The notes below the pieces were generated by a model. That model had not been told where the DNA came from. It worked only from the letters and a program-made list of their open reading frames with translations, and searched no databases. Both the position numbers and the translations under genes were made by a program. Below, piece after piece: positions 44,806-52,837 of a stretch of DNA of 64,000 nt. The DNA is from Eubacteriales bacterium (GTDB lineage: Bacteria > Bacillota > Clostridia > Oscillospirales > CAG-272). Numbering within the stretch: the stretch's first letter is position 1; every line of letters starts with the position of its first letter. The stretch covers positions 524-64,523 of the forward strand of contig JAZQKP010000014.1 of the NCBI GenBank assembly GCA_045542275.1. Reading direction: 5' to 3'.

Positions 44806-47715
44806 ATGAGAAAATCCCCGGTGGTTACAAACAACAAAAAGAAAAGAACTCCTAAAAAGCCCAGCAAGGGAAAGGTTATTCTTTCTTTTTTGAATAAAAT
44901 AATGCCTTATGTGCTTTCAATCTTTTTTGTAATAACATTATTTGCTATTGCAGGAATTGCAGGTGCATTCGGTCGTGGTATCAATTCCTTGCTTGGAGGC
45001 TTATTCTCTAACTTTGGTACTTACTTTACAGCTATATTCCTTCTTTTCCACGCACTTATGTGGTATTACGATGTTAACAGAGGCATCTGCAAGCGCAGAG
45101 TTGTATGCTCCCTTGTTACCGTAATTTCAGTGGCTACTCTTCAGCATATTATCACAGCTATCAAGAGCTCCGATGTGCTTGTATACAACCTTAAGACACT
45201 TTACAATCTTGGTAAGGAAGGTAAGGGCGGTGGCGTATTCGGTGGCTTTATCGGTACACTTCTCTACAACCTTTTGAGCAATGTAGGCGCTGTTGTAGTA
45301 GTTGTGCTCATTCTCTTCTTTATGATTCTTCAGATGTTTAATATCACACCTGCAACCATTACTAAGAAGATAATGGGTGACAGACGAGTTAGAAAGAATG
45401 AACAGGCAGCACGTGAAAAGGAAAGACGTCGCATTACTGCATCACTTAAGCACAGAAAATTCAATGTTTACGATGATGAGGATGATAACAGCTTTACAAC
45501 AAGCACAATTGAAAAGCTTGAAATTCCCGAAATCAAGGTAGAAAGTAAGCCTGACCTTTCTATTGAACGCACTCCTATGAGCAGTGAGCCTAAGGCTCCC
45601 ATTTATGAACAGCCTAAGCCTGTTTACCAACCCTCTCCCAACTATCAAAATGCTCAGAGAGTTCCTTCTTCAAGTGAATTTGAGCTTTCATCTCCTTACA
45701 ATGCACCTCGCGAAACACCTGTCGTTAATGAAAGAAGCTACAGCTATGCTGAGCCTACCAATGACTTTGTTTATACAGAACGCAAGGTTACAGACGATTT
45801 TGCTGATAATTACAATTCTCCTAAAAAGGATTTCGAAACATCCGACTATAAGGTAGGAGATATAAATGCTTGGGATGATACTCAGACTGTTTACGAAGCA
45901 CCCAAGCCTGTTTATGAACAGCCTAAACCTGTTTATGAGCAGCCTAAGCCATTTTACAATGAGCCTGCTCCCGTATACGATGAGCCTGATGAATTTATTG
46001 ATGACGATCTTGAAGATGCAATCTATGCCGAGGAGCATCAGGATGAAACACTTTCCGATTTTCTCTCTGATGACGCATTCAGAAAGATTAAAGGCTATGA
46101 CAGAAATGAGCTTGACACAGTAAAAACAACTATCGCTCCTCCTCCCGTAAGGGAAGAGCCTGTTGCTCCACCTGTTCAGGCCCCTGCTCCTGCACCTACT
46201 CCTGCTCCCGTACCTGTTAAAAAAGCGAAGAGAAAGTACGTATTCCCTCCTATTGATATATTCGAGCCTCGCCTTGCCGATGAGGACAGTGAGGAAGCCC
46301 ATGAGGAATGTGAGCAGAATGCAAGAATTATTGTAGAAACTCTTGCAAGCTTTAATGCTAAAACCAGAATTGTTGACGTACAGAGAGGTCCTACCGTTAC
46401 AAGATATGAGCTTGTGCCCGAGGCAGGCGTACGCGTACGTTCTATTGCTAATCTTGTTGACGATATTGCCCTTAATCTTGCGGCTGACGGAATCCGTATT
46501 GAATGCCCAATTCCCGGTAAGGCAGCTGTTGGTATTGAGGTTCCGAACAAGACTACAAGTATTGTTTATATCCGCAGTCTTCTCGAGGATCCCCAGTTCA
46601 AAAAGGCAAAAAGCGTTGCCACCTGTGCTGTTGGTAAGAGTATTTCAGGTGAAAATGTTTATATTGATATTGCAAAAATGCCCCATCTTCTTGTAGCCGG
46701 TGCTACAGGTATGGGTAAATCTGTGTGCATCAACGCACTCCTTGTCAGCCTTCTCTATAAGTCTTCACCCGATGATTTAAGACTTATCCTTATTGACCCT
46801 AAGAGAGTTGAATTCTCCGTATTTAACGGTCTTCCCCACCTTCTTGTGCCTGTAGTTTGCGAAGCAAAAAAATCTATCGGTACGCTTCAGTGGGCTGTTG
46901 CTGAGATGGAAAGACGCTTTGAGCTGCTTGAGGCCTCCGGCTTACGTAATATCGGTGAATATAATGACCGTGTTGAAAGCGGTGTTATTAATGCCGAAAA
47001 GATTGCACGTATTGTTATCGTTATAGACGAGCTTTATGACCTTAAGATGCAGGTGCCTGAAATTGATGAGCATATTATTCGTCTTACTCAGAAAGCACGT
47101 GCTGCCGGTATTCACGTTGTTATCGGTACTCAGCGTCCCTCTGTTGACGTTATTACAGGCGTAATTAAAGCAAATATCCCCTCACGTATTGCATTCCGTG
47201 TTCCTGCACAGGTTGACTCAAGAACTATTCTTGATGAGGTTGGCGCAGAAAAGCTTGTAAGCCGTGGCGATATGCTTCTTAAGCCTGTTGGCGCTCTTAA
47301 GCCTATTCGTGTTCAGGGTGCATATATCACTGAGGATGAGCGCCTGGCAGTAGTTGATTACATTAAGGCTCACTCCAGTGGTGAAAACTATGACGATGAG
47401 GTTGCAAATCAGATTGAAAATCTTACAGCTAAGCTTACTAAGGCGGACAAATCTGCCGAGGCAGAGGGTGGAGATTCTCACGAATCCGAGCTTGACGAAA
47501 AGTTCTATGCTGCCCTTGAGATTGCTACCGATATGGGTAAAATCTCATCCTCTTACCTCCAGAGAAAGCTTAATCTCGGCTTCCAGAGAGCTGCAAGAAT
47601 TATTGACCAGATGGAATCCCTTGGCTATATCGGTGAGCAGAATGGCTCCAAGCCGCGTGATGTGCTTATTACAAAACAGGATTTCATGGAATTAAGAATG
47701 AGAAACGAGGACTAA
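44806..47715 (+). CDS. ftsK: DNA translocase FtsK/SpoIIIE
   Basis: N-terminal TMs, a Pro/Gln-rich linker, a motor domain with Walker A GATGMGKS and Walker B VIVIDE, and a C-terminal gamma winged helix. Start set at ATG 44806. Confidence 0.92.
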   Translation: MRKSPVVTNNKKKRTPKKPSKGKVILSFLNKIMPYVLSIFFVITLFAIAGIAGAFGRGINSLLGGLFSNFGTYFTAIFLLFHALMWYYDVNRGICKRRVVCSLVTVISVATLQHIITAIKSSDVLVYNLKTLYNLGKEGKGGGVFGGFIGTLLYNLLSNVGAVVVVVLILFFMILQMFNITPATITKKIMGDRRVRKNEQAAREKERRRITASLKHRKFNVYDDEDDNSFTTSTIEKLEIPEIKVESKPDLSIERTPMSSEPKAPIYEQPKPVYQPSPNYQNAQRVPSSSEFELSSPYNAPRETPVVNERSYSYAEPTNDFVYTERKVTDDFADNYNSPKKDFETSDYKVGDINAWDDTQTVYEAPKPVYEQPKPVYEQPKPFYNEPAPVYDEPDEFIDDDLEDAIYAEEHQDETLSDFLSDDAFRKIKGYDRNELDTVKTTIAPPPVREEPVAPPVQAPAPAPTPAPVPVKKAKRKYVFPPIDIFEPRLADEDSEEAHEECEQNARIIVETLASFNAKTRIVDVQRGPTVTRYELVPEAGVRVRSIANLVDDIALNLAADGIRIECPIPGKAAVGIEVPNKTTSIVYIRSLLEDPQFKKAKSVATCAVGKSISGENVYIDIAKMPHLLVAGATGMGKSVCINALLVSLLYKSSPDDLRLILIDPKRVEFSVFNGLPHLLVPVVCEAKKSIGTLQWAVAEMERRFELLEASGLRNIGEYNDRVESGVINAEKIARIVIVIDELYDLKMQVPEIDEHIIRLTQKARAAGIHVVIGTQRPSVDVITGVIKANIPSRIAFRVPAQVDSRTILDEVGAEKLVSRGDMLLKPVGALKPIRVQGAYITEDERLAVVDYIKAHSSGENYDDEVANQIENLTAKLTKADKSAEAEGGDSHESELDEKFYAALEIATDMGKISSSYLQRKLNLGFQRAARIIDQMESLGYIGEQNGSKPRDVLITKQDFMELRMRNED

Positions 47716-47726
47716 TTTAAAATATT

Positions 47727-48389
47727 ATGGGAAAATTTATAGCTATCGACGGTCTTGACGGCTCAGGTAAGGGCACGCAGACGGACATTTTAGTTGAAAG
47801 ACTTAAAAAAGAAAACAAGAAGGTGCGTGTTCTTTCCTTCCCTATGTATGAAAACGACTCTTCTCTGTTTGCAAGAATGTACCTTGACGGTAAATTTGGC
47901 AAAAACCCCTCTGATACAAACGCTTATGTTGCATCTATGTTCTTTGCATCTGACAGATATATCAGCTATAAAACCGACTGGATAAAGGATATTGAGGACC
48001 CAGATACCTATGTTATCGCCAACAGATACACATCTGCTAATGCGGTACATCAGCTGTCCAAGCTTCCCTATGAGGAATGGGAGGACTTTCTTCAGTGGCT
48101 TTGGGACTTTGAGTTTTCAAAGCTTGGCTTACCTCAGCCCGATGAAACAGTTTATTTAAGAGTTCACCCAGATGTTTCTCTTGCCCTTGTAAAGTCAAGA
48201 AGTGAGGAAACAGGCAGAAAAATTGATATTCACGAGAATGATACGGAATATATGTTCAAATGCTATGATGCTGCTATTTATTCCTGCAAAAAGCTTGGTT
48301 GGTTACAAGTAAGCTGCTGCAAGGACGGCAAAATGCGTACACGTGAGGACGTAGCAGAGGAAATCTACACAAGACTATTTGACAAATAA
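47727..48389 (+). CDS. tmk: thymidylate kinase family protein
   Basis: P-loop IAIDGLDGSGKGTQ and a DR(Y) motif (FASDRY). Length fits a dTMP kinase fold. Confidence 0.75.
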   Translation: MGKFIAIDGLDGSGKGTQTDILVERLKKENKKVRVLSFPMYENDSSLFARMYLDGKFGKNPSDTNAYVASMFFASDRYISYKTDWIKDIEDPDTYVIANRYTSANAVHQLSKLPYEEWEDFLQWLWDFEFSKLGLPQPDETVYLRVHPDVSLALVKSRSEETGRKIDIHENDTEYMFKCYDAAIYSCKKLGWLQVSCCKDGKMRTREDVAEEIYTRLFDK

Positions 48390-48398
48390 GGAGAAAAT

Positions 48399-48941
48399 AT
48401 GGTTTATTTGTTTTTAGCAAACGGATTTGAGGAGATTGAGGCGCTTTATACACTTGATTTGCTTCGCCGTGCAGGAATTGATGTGCTTACTGTGGGTGTC
48501 AGCGGTGAGGTGGCTATGGGCTCTCACAAAATACCTGTGGTATGCGATATTACTCCCGATGCTCTGCCCTATGACAGCAATTTTGATATGATAATTCTTC
48601 CCGGAGGTATGCCCGGCTCTACTAATCTTGATATGGCTGAATGCGTTGAAAAATATATTAAGCTTGCCCTTGAAAATAACAAGCTTATATGTGCTATCTG
48701 CGCTGCTCCCTTTATTCTTGGTAAGAGAGGTATTCTTAAGGATAAAAATGCTACCTGCTTCCCCGGATTTGAGGGTCAGCTTGAGGGTGCCAACATAGTT
48801 GATGCAGGTGTAGTACGTGACGGTAATATTATTACAGGACGTGCCATGGGCAGCGCCCACGAATTTGCCCTTACTATCCTTGAGGCTCTTAAGGATAAGA
48901 ATGCAGCAGAGGAAATGAAAAGGACAATTATACTTAAGTAA
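48399..48941 (+). CDS. DJ-1/PfpI family protein
   Basis: GFEEIEA and LPGG motifs, and a nucleophile elbow ICAICAAP. Confidence 0.85.
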   Translation: MVYLFLANGFEEIEALYTLDLLRRAGIDVLTVGVSGEVAMGSHKIPVVCDITPDALPYDSNFDMIILPGGMPGSTNLDMAECVEKYIKLALENNKLICAICAAPFILGKRGILKDKNATCFPGFEGQLEGANIVDAGVVRDGNIITGRAMGSAHEFALTILEALKDKNAAEEMKRTIILK

Positions 48942-48961
48942 GTAATGTCTGACGAAAGGAG

Positions 48962-49594
48962 ATGAAAGGCTTGACCCCTATAAAGAAAGTTAAGGACGAG
49001 ATAAGAATGGAATACTCGGCTAAGCGTGATGCTCTCACACCTGAGGTAAGAGCTGAAAGAAGCAAGAAAATCTGCACTACTGCAATGAATCTTATAAGCT
49101 TCCGTCATGCTGAGGTTATACTTCTCTATTCTCCCATAAAATCAGAAATAGATGTTATTCCCTTGGCTATGGCAGCTTGGGAAAAGGGTAAGGCAGTTGC
49201 ATTTCCCAGATGTAATAAAGAGGACAAAACTATGAAATTCCACTTTGTTTCATCACTTGATGAGCTTGAGGTTGGCGCATACAGGATTAATGAGCCAAGA
49301 GAGGATGCCCCTGTTTATGACCCCTTGACAGACAATAGAGTAGCAATTTGCTATGTTCCCGGGCTTACATTTGATGTTTACGGCTACCGTCTCGGATACG
49401 GTAAGGGCTATTATGATAAGTTTATGAATATGTTTAACGGCTGTACTATCGGTATTACCTACAGTGAGTTTATCGTAAAGGAGCTTCCCAAGGGTAGATT
49501 TGACAAGCACTGTGATATTCTGCTTACAGAAAACGGAGCCAAAGCAATCAAGCAGGAAAAGCTTACACGTGAGCTTAATAAAAGCCGTTTCTGA
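48962..49594 (+). CDS. 5-formyltetrahydrofolate cyclo-ligase
   Basis: C-terminal signature VPGLTFDVYGYRLGYGKGYYDKF. Start is uncertain: ATG 48962, TTG 48971 or ATG 49007. Confidence 0.8.
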   Translation: MKGLTPIKKVKDEIRMEYSAKRDALTPEVRAERSKKICTTAMNLISFRHAEVILLYSPIKSEIDVIPLAMAAWEKGKAVAFPRCNKEDKTMKFHFVSSLDELEVGAYRINEPREDAPVYDPLTDNRVAICYVPGLTFDVYGYRLGYGKGYYDKFMNMFNGCTIGITYSEFIVKELPKGRFDKHCDILLTENGAKAIKQEKLTRELNKSRF

Positions 49595-49616
49595 GCCTAT
49601 ATAATAAATGAAGATT

Positions 49617-49652
49617 AAGGAGAGATGAAACCCCATCTCTCCTCTATTTTTA
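49617..49652 (+). terminator. intrinsic terminator
   Basis: GGAGAGATG-aaaccc-CATCTCTCC followed by TCTATTTTT. Confidence 0.7.
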
Positions 49653-49768
49653 TAAAATTTTTTCAAAAATTTTTATTGAGAAAACGAGAGAAAAAAAGAG
49701 ATTAAATGAGATTAAATGAGAACGCACCCAAAATTATTAAAATGGCAAAAAAATTTTTAAAAAAGCAC

Positions 49769-49797
49769 TTGACAGACCTTGGGGTGCGTGATATAAT
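49769..49797 (+). promoter_or_regulatory. consensus sigma-A promoter of rplM-rpsI
   Basis: TTGACA, 17-nt spacer, TGaTATAAT. Confidence 0.65.
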
Positions 49798-49860
49798 GAT
49801 TGAGCATTAAAAAAGCGGTTGAGCCCGCATGTTATATTAACTTATATGGAGGAAATCACA

Positions 49861-50289
49861 ATGTCAACATTTATGGCAAACAACACCATTGAGCGTAAGT
49901 GGTATGTTATTGACGCTGCAAACAGACCTCTTGGTAAGACAGCTGTTGCTGCTGCTAACATTTTGAGAGGTAAGCACCGTCCTGAGTTCACACCCCACGC
50001 TGACTGTGGTGAGTTCGTAATCATCGTAAACGCATCTAAGGCTGTTCTTACAGGAAAGAAACTTGAGCAGAAGTACTACCGTCGTCACTCCGGTTACATC
50101 GGTGGTCTTAAGGAAGTTCAGTACAAGACTCTTATGGCTACAAAGCCTGAGCTCGCTATGCAGCTCGCAGTTAAGGGTATGCTTCCCCACAACAAGCTCG
50201 GCGATAAGGCTATCACAAGACTTAAGGTATATGCAGGTGCAGAGCATGCTCAGCAGGCTCAGAAGCCCGTTAACTACGAAGTAAAATAA
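49861..50289 (+). CDS. rplM: 50S ribosomal protein L13
   Basis: [18 protein letters not shown] signature. GGAGG RBS before ATG 49861. The ORF-track start at 49819 is rejected. Confidence 0.95.
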   Translation: MSTFMANNTIERKWYVIDAANRPLGKTAVAAANILRGKHRPEFTPHADCGEFVIIVNASKAVLTGKKLEQKYYRRHSGYIGGLKEVQYKTLMATKPELAMQLAVKGMLPHNKLGDKAITRLKVYAGAEHAQQAQKPVNYEVK

Positions 50290-50311
50290 TCAGGAAAGGA
50301 TATAGAAGAAA

Positions 50312-50713
50312 ATGTATACAAGTGCTAAACCCTATTTCTACGGAACAGGTAGAAGAAAATCATCAGTAGCTCGTGTTCGTCTCTATCCCGGTACTGGTGT
50401 TATTACAATCAACGGCAGAGATATCGACGACTACTTTGGTCTCGAAACACTCAAGCTCATCATCAATCAGCCCCTCGACGTTACAAACAACATCGGCAAG
50501 TTCGATATCGTTGCTAACGTAAACGGTGGTGGTATCTCCGGTCAGGCTGGCGCTATCCGTCACGGCATCGCAAGAGCTTTGCTCCTCGCTGATGAAACAT
50601 ACCGTGGTGCTCTTAAGGCTGCTGGACTTCTTACTCGTGACCCCAGAATGAAGGAAAGAAAGAAGTACGGTCTCAAGGCTGCTCGTCGTGCACCTCAGTT
50701 CTCAAAGAGATAA
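50312..50713 (+). CDS. rpsI: 30S ribosomal protein S9
   Basis: [14 protein letters not shown] signature and C-terminal [17 protein letters not shown]. Confidence 0.95.
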   Translation: MYTSAKPYFYGTGRRKSSVARVRLYPGTGVITINGRDIDDYFGLETLKLIINQPLDVTNNIGKFDIVANVNGGGISGQAGAIRHGIARALLLADETYRGALKAAGLLTRDPRMKERKKYGLKAARRAPQFSKR

Positions 50714-50733
50714 TTTCGACCTTGGTCGAGTTC

Positions 50734-50767
50734 AAAAAATGCTCTGCTTATGCAGGGCATTTTTTAT
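50734..50767 (+). terminator. intrinsic terminator after rpsI
   Basis: ATGCTCTGC-ttat-GCAGGGCAT followed by TTTTTATT. Confidence 0.75.
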
Positions 50768-50790
50768 TATCTCTTTGAGAACAACTAAAT

Positions 50791-50946
50791 TTGCCCTTAC
50801 AGGCAAGTGAAGTTATTTGTAATAGTGAAGTTCACCTTGTAAGTGAAGTTTCGCCTAACGGCGAAGTAGCAAATTTAACTTCACTTGAACAACAGTTCAA
50901 ACTTCGTTGCGCAGCAACTTCACTTTCGCTTTGGCGAAAACTTCAC
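50791..50946 (+). repeat. structured word-plus-hairpin palindromic array (element B)
   Basis: Leading hairpin at 50791-50806. GTGAAGTT at 50807, 50825 and 50843 (18-nt phase). AACTTCAC at 50877, 50916 and 50939. Degenerate copies at 50861 and 50900. Mini-hairpins lie between the words. Confidence 0.8.
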
Positions 50947-50949
50947 CTC

Positions 50950-50997
50950 TTCTCTGCTGTCCTATTTACTTTTGTTGGAATTTATGGTATAATGCAT
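50950..50997 (+). promoter_or_regulatory. 48-bp promoter module, copy 1
   Basis: TTCTCTGCTGTCCTATTTACTTTTGTTGGAATTTATGGTATAATGCAT: -35 TTTACT, 17-nt spacer, TGgTATAAT. 46/48 identical to 52170-52217. Confidence 0.6.
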
Positions 50998-51037
50998 AGT
51001 GTGATATTTCCGTGTAATTAACAAAAGGAGGAAAGTT

Positions 51038-52123
51038 ATGGGGGAAATAATTTCAAGTATTATATGTTTCTTCTTTGTTGTAATAAGCAATTTAATATAC
51101 GAATATATCAAGAAAAAAGAAGAAATTAAGTTATCTTTAAAATCTGAATTTACTGTTAAATCCAGTAAAGGAATATTACTTTTCTTTATGTTATGGATGA
51201 TTATATGCTCACTAGGAATGATTGGTGTGGTAATCTTTCTAATAACGTCAGGCGAACCTAACGAAACTCAAACGGTTTGGATAGCTGAAATAATTTTATT
51301 GGCATTCTTCTTTTTGGGTACATTAGGCTTCTTCACCTGCAAGTATAATTACCTAGTTATCAAGAACAACGGTATAGTAATCAAATCATTATTTAAAAAG
51401 ACACGATTTATTAAATACACCGATATTACTTACGTAAACTGTATAATGGGAATCCAATGCTTTGATTCTGACGGTATCCAGCTTTTTGCAGTTGATCATT
51501 ACCATATTGGTATAGATAAATTGTATTCTTTTTTGCTAAATAAGGGATGTATAGAGTTGCCAACGCCTTACCCAACAAAAGAAATGAAAGATAACGCCAG
51601 ATTTATGGCATATAGAAGGAAATCATCTCTTATATCAAGCTTTTGGGCATTATCGATATTTGCTTTTTTGTTTCTGTCTATAGGACTTTTGGCTAATTCT
51701 TTATCCGACTTTAAAAGCTACGAAAACTATAAGGTTATTGGATATGTAGAATCCTATACAAATGATGACGAAACTCTGAAAATCAAGTTGAAAAATGATA
51801 GTAATCAATACTATGTGAATAATATTGTTTATGATGAAATAAATGAAAACCTATTTAAAGTTATTAACCAAGACGATTCACTAATTTTACATATAGGATA
51901 TATTGATGAATATAATAGACTTAACATTTCTCAAATTGAGATTAATAATACAATCTATTTAAATATGTCCGATGCTGAAGACCGTGAGTATTCAAATTAC
52001 AATGCAGGAATAATTTCAAGTTATATTTTTTTCAGTATAAGTGCAATTTTCTTCGCTTTCAGCATTGTATTTTTTGTTAAGTTAAAAAGATATTCAAAAA
52101 CAGTTTTTAAATTACAAATATAA
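51038..52123 (+). CDS. hypothetical polytopic membrane protein
   Basis: 361-aa ORF with AGGAGG RBS and about 5 TMs separating two soluble regions. Visibly more AT-rich than its neighbours. No family recognised. Confidence 0.65.
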   Translation: MGEIISSIICFFFVVISNLIYEYIKKKEEIKLSLKSEFTVKSSKGILLFFMLWMIICSLGMIGVVIFLITSGEPNETQTVWIAEIILLAFFFLGTLGFFTCKYNYLVIKNNGIVIKSLFKKTRFIKYTDITYVNCIMGIQCFDSDGIQLFAVDHYHIGIDKLYSFLLNKGCIELPTPYPTKEMKDNARFMAYRRKSSLISSFWALSIFAFLFLSIGLLANSLSDFKSYENYKVIGYVESYTNDDETLKIKLKNDSNQYYVNNIVYDEINENLFKVINQDDSLILHIGYIDEYNRLNISQIEINNTIYLNMSDAEDREYSNYNAGIISSYIFFSISAIFFAFSIVFFVKLKRYSKTVFKLQI

Positions 52124-52132
52124 CTTAATAGA

Positions 52133-52166
52133 AAGAACTCTCAAGCAATTGGGAGTTCTTTTTTTG
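52133..52166 (+). terminator. intrinsic terminator
   Basis: AAGAACTCTC-aagcaatt-GGGAGTTCTT followed by TTTTTG. Confidence 0.7.
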
Positions 52167-52169
52167 CTT

Positions 52170-52217
52170 TTCTCTGCTGTCCTATTTACTTTTGTTGGAA
52201 TTTATGATATAATACAT
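52170..52217 (+). promoter_or_regulatory. 48-bp promoter module, copy 2
   Basis: Same sequence as 50950-50997 with 2 substitutions; -10 is TGaTATAAT. Confidence 0.6.
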
Positions 52218-52253
52218 TCGTTAAATAAGCTTGAATTTACAGGGGGGATAAGC

Positions 52254-52775
52254 ATGGGTAATACCATATTAGTCTGTGGATTGAATGGATCCGGAAAAAG
52301 CACATTAGCAAAGGCACTTGCTGAAAGATTAAATTTCCGCTTCATTGATATTGAAGACATATACTTTGATCGTAAAGACAACCCTAATTATCCGTATGAA
52401 AAATCCCGTCCCTATGGAGAGGTTGTATCACTGCTTACAAATATTTTAGATAGTGAAAATGACTTCGTTTTGGCATCGGTAACAGGCAGCTTCGGGGATG
52501 AATTTATTTCTCATTTGAAGTGTGTAATCTCCATTGAAGTTCCAAAAGAGATACGTTTAAAGCGGGTACATAACAGGTCATACATACTTTTCGGCGAGAA
52601 AAGTTGTAAAGGTGGCGCTTTTTACGAACAAATCAAGTCATTCCATAATTTTTGTGCCTCAAGAAATGAAAACTTAGTTAATGATTGGCTATCAACTATA
52701 TCCTGTCCCATTATCAAAGTAGATGGAACGTTACCTATATGTGATAATGTAAATCTAATTGCTGAAAAGCTGTAA
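52254..52775 (+). CDS. P-loop NTPase / small-molecule kinase-like protein (AAA_17/18-like)
   Basis: Walker A GLNGSGKST at the N-terminus; about 173 aa. Start set at ATG 52254. The ORF-track N-terminal extension is a read-through of the promoter repeat. Confidence 0.65.
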   Translation: MGNTILVCGLNGSGKSTLAKALAERLNFRFIDIEDIYFDRKDNPNYPYEKSRPYGEVVSLLTNILDSENDFVLASVTGSFGDEFISHLKCVISIEVPKEIRLKRVHNRSYILFGEKSCKGGAFYEQIKSFHNFCASRNENLVNDWLSTISCPIIKVDGTLPICDNVNLIAEKL

Positions 52776-52800
52776 AATAAAAACAACTTACACACTTATT

Positions 52801-52837
52801 AAATCAAAAAGCACGGTTTTGCCGTGCTTTTTGATTT
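52801..52837. terminator. bidirectional hairpin terminator (copy 1 of a repeated hairpin)
   Basis: AAATCAAAAAGCACGG-ttttg-CCGTGCTTTTTGATTT. Confidence 0.7.

Noticed and set aside
49700-49789. Tandem AGATTAAATG x2 (about 49700-49722) and a long-range inverted repeat CGCACCCAA / TTGGGGTGCG flanking the rplM -35; possible L13 leader at 49800-49860
   Set aside because: The tandem is only two short units in AT-rich spacer. The inverted repeat is imperfect and lies upstream of the transcription start. I cannot verify an L13-leader fold by eye.
50791-51021. 76-aa ORF covering element B and the promoter module
   Set aside because: Same situation as above. The peptide (SEV...SEV...GEV) mirrors the GTGAAGTT repeats, there is no RBS, and its 3' part is the duplicated promoter sequence.
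870-52253. Longer N-terminal extensions offered by the ORF track (spo0A 870, rpmG 4070, 7544, cls 14191, LRR 21747, htrA 28598, RR 29941, HK 30626, pnp 43320, ftsK 44773, rplM 49819, kinase-like 52149)
   Set aside because: In each case an internal start codon has a properly spaced Shine-Dalgarno sequence and restores the canonical N-terminus of the family. The extensions run through promoters, leaders or upstream gene ends.
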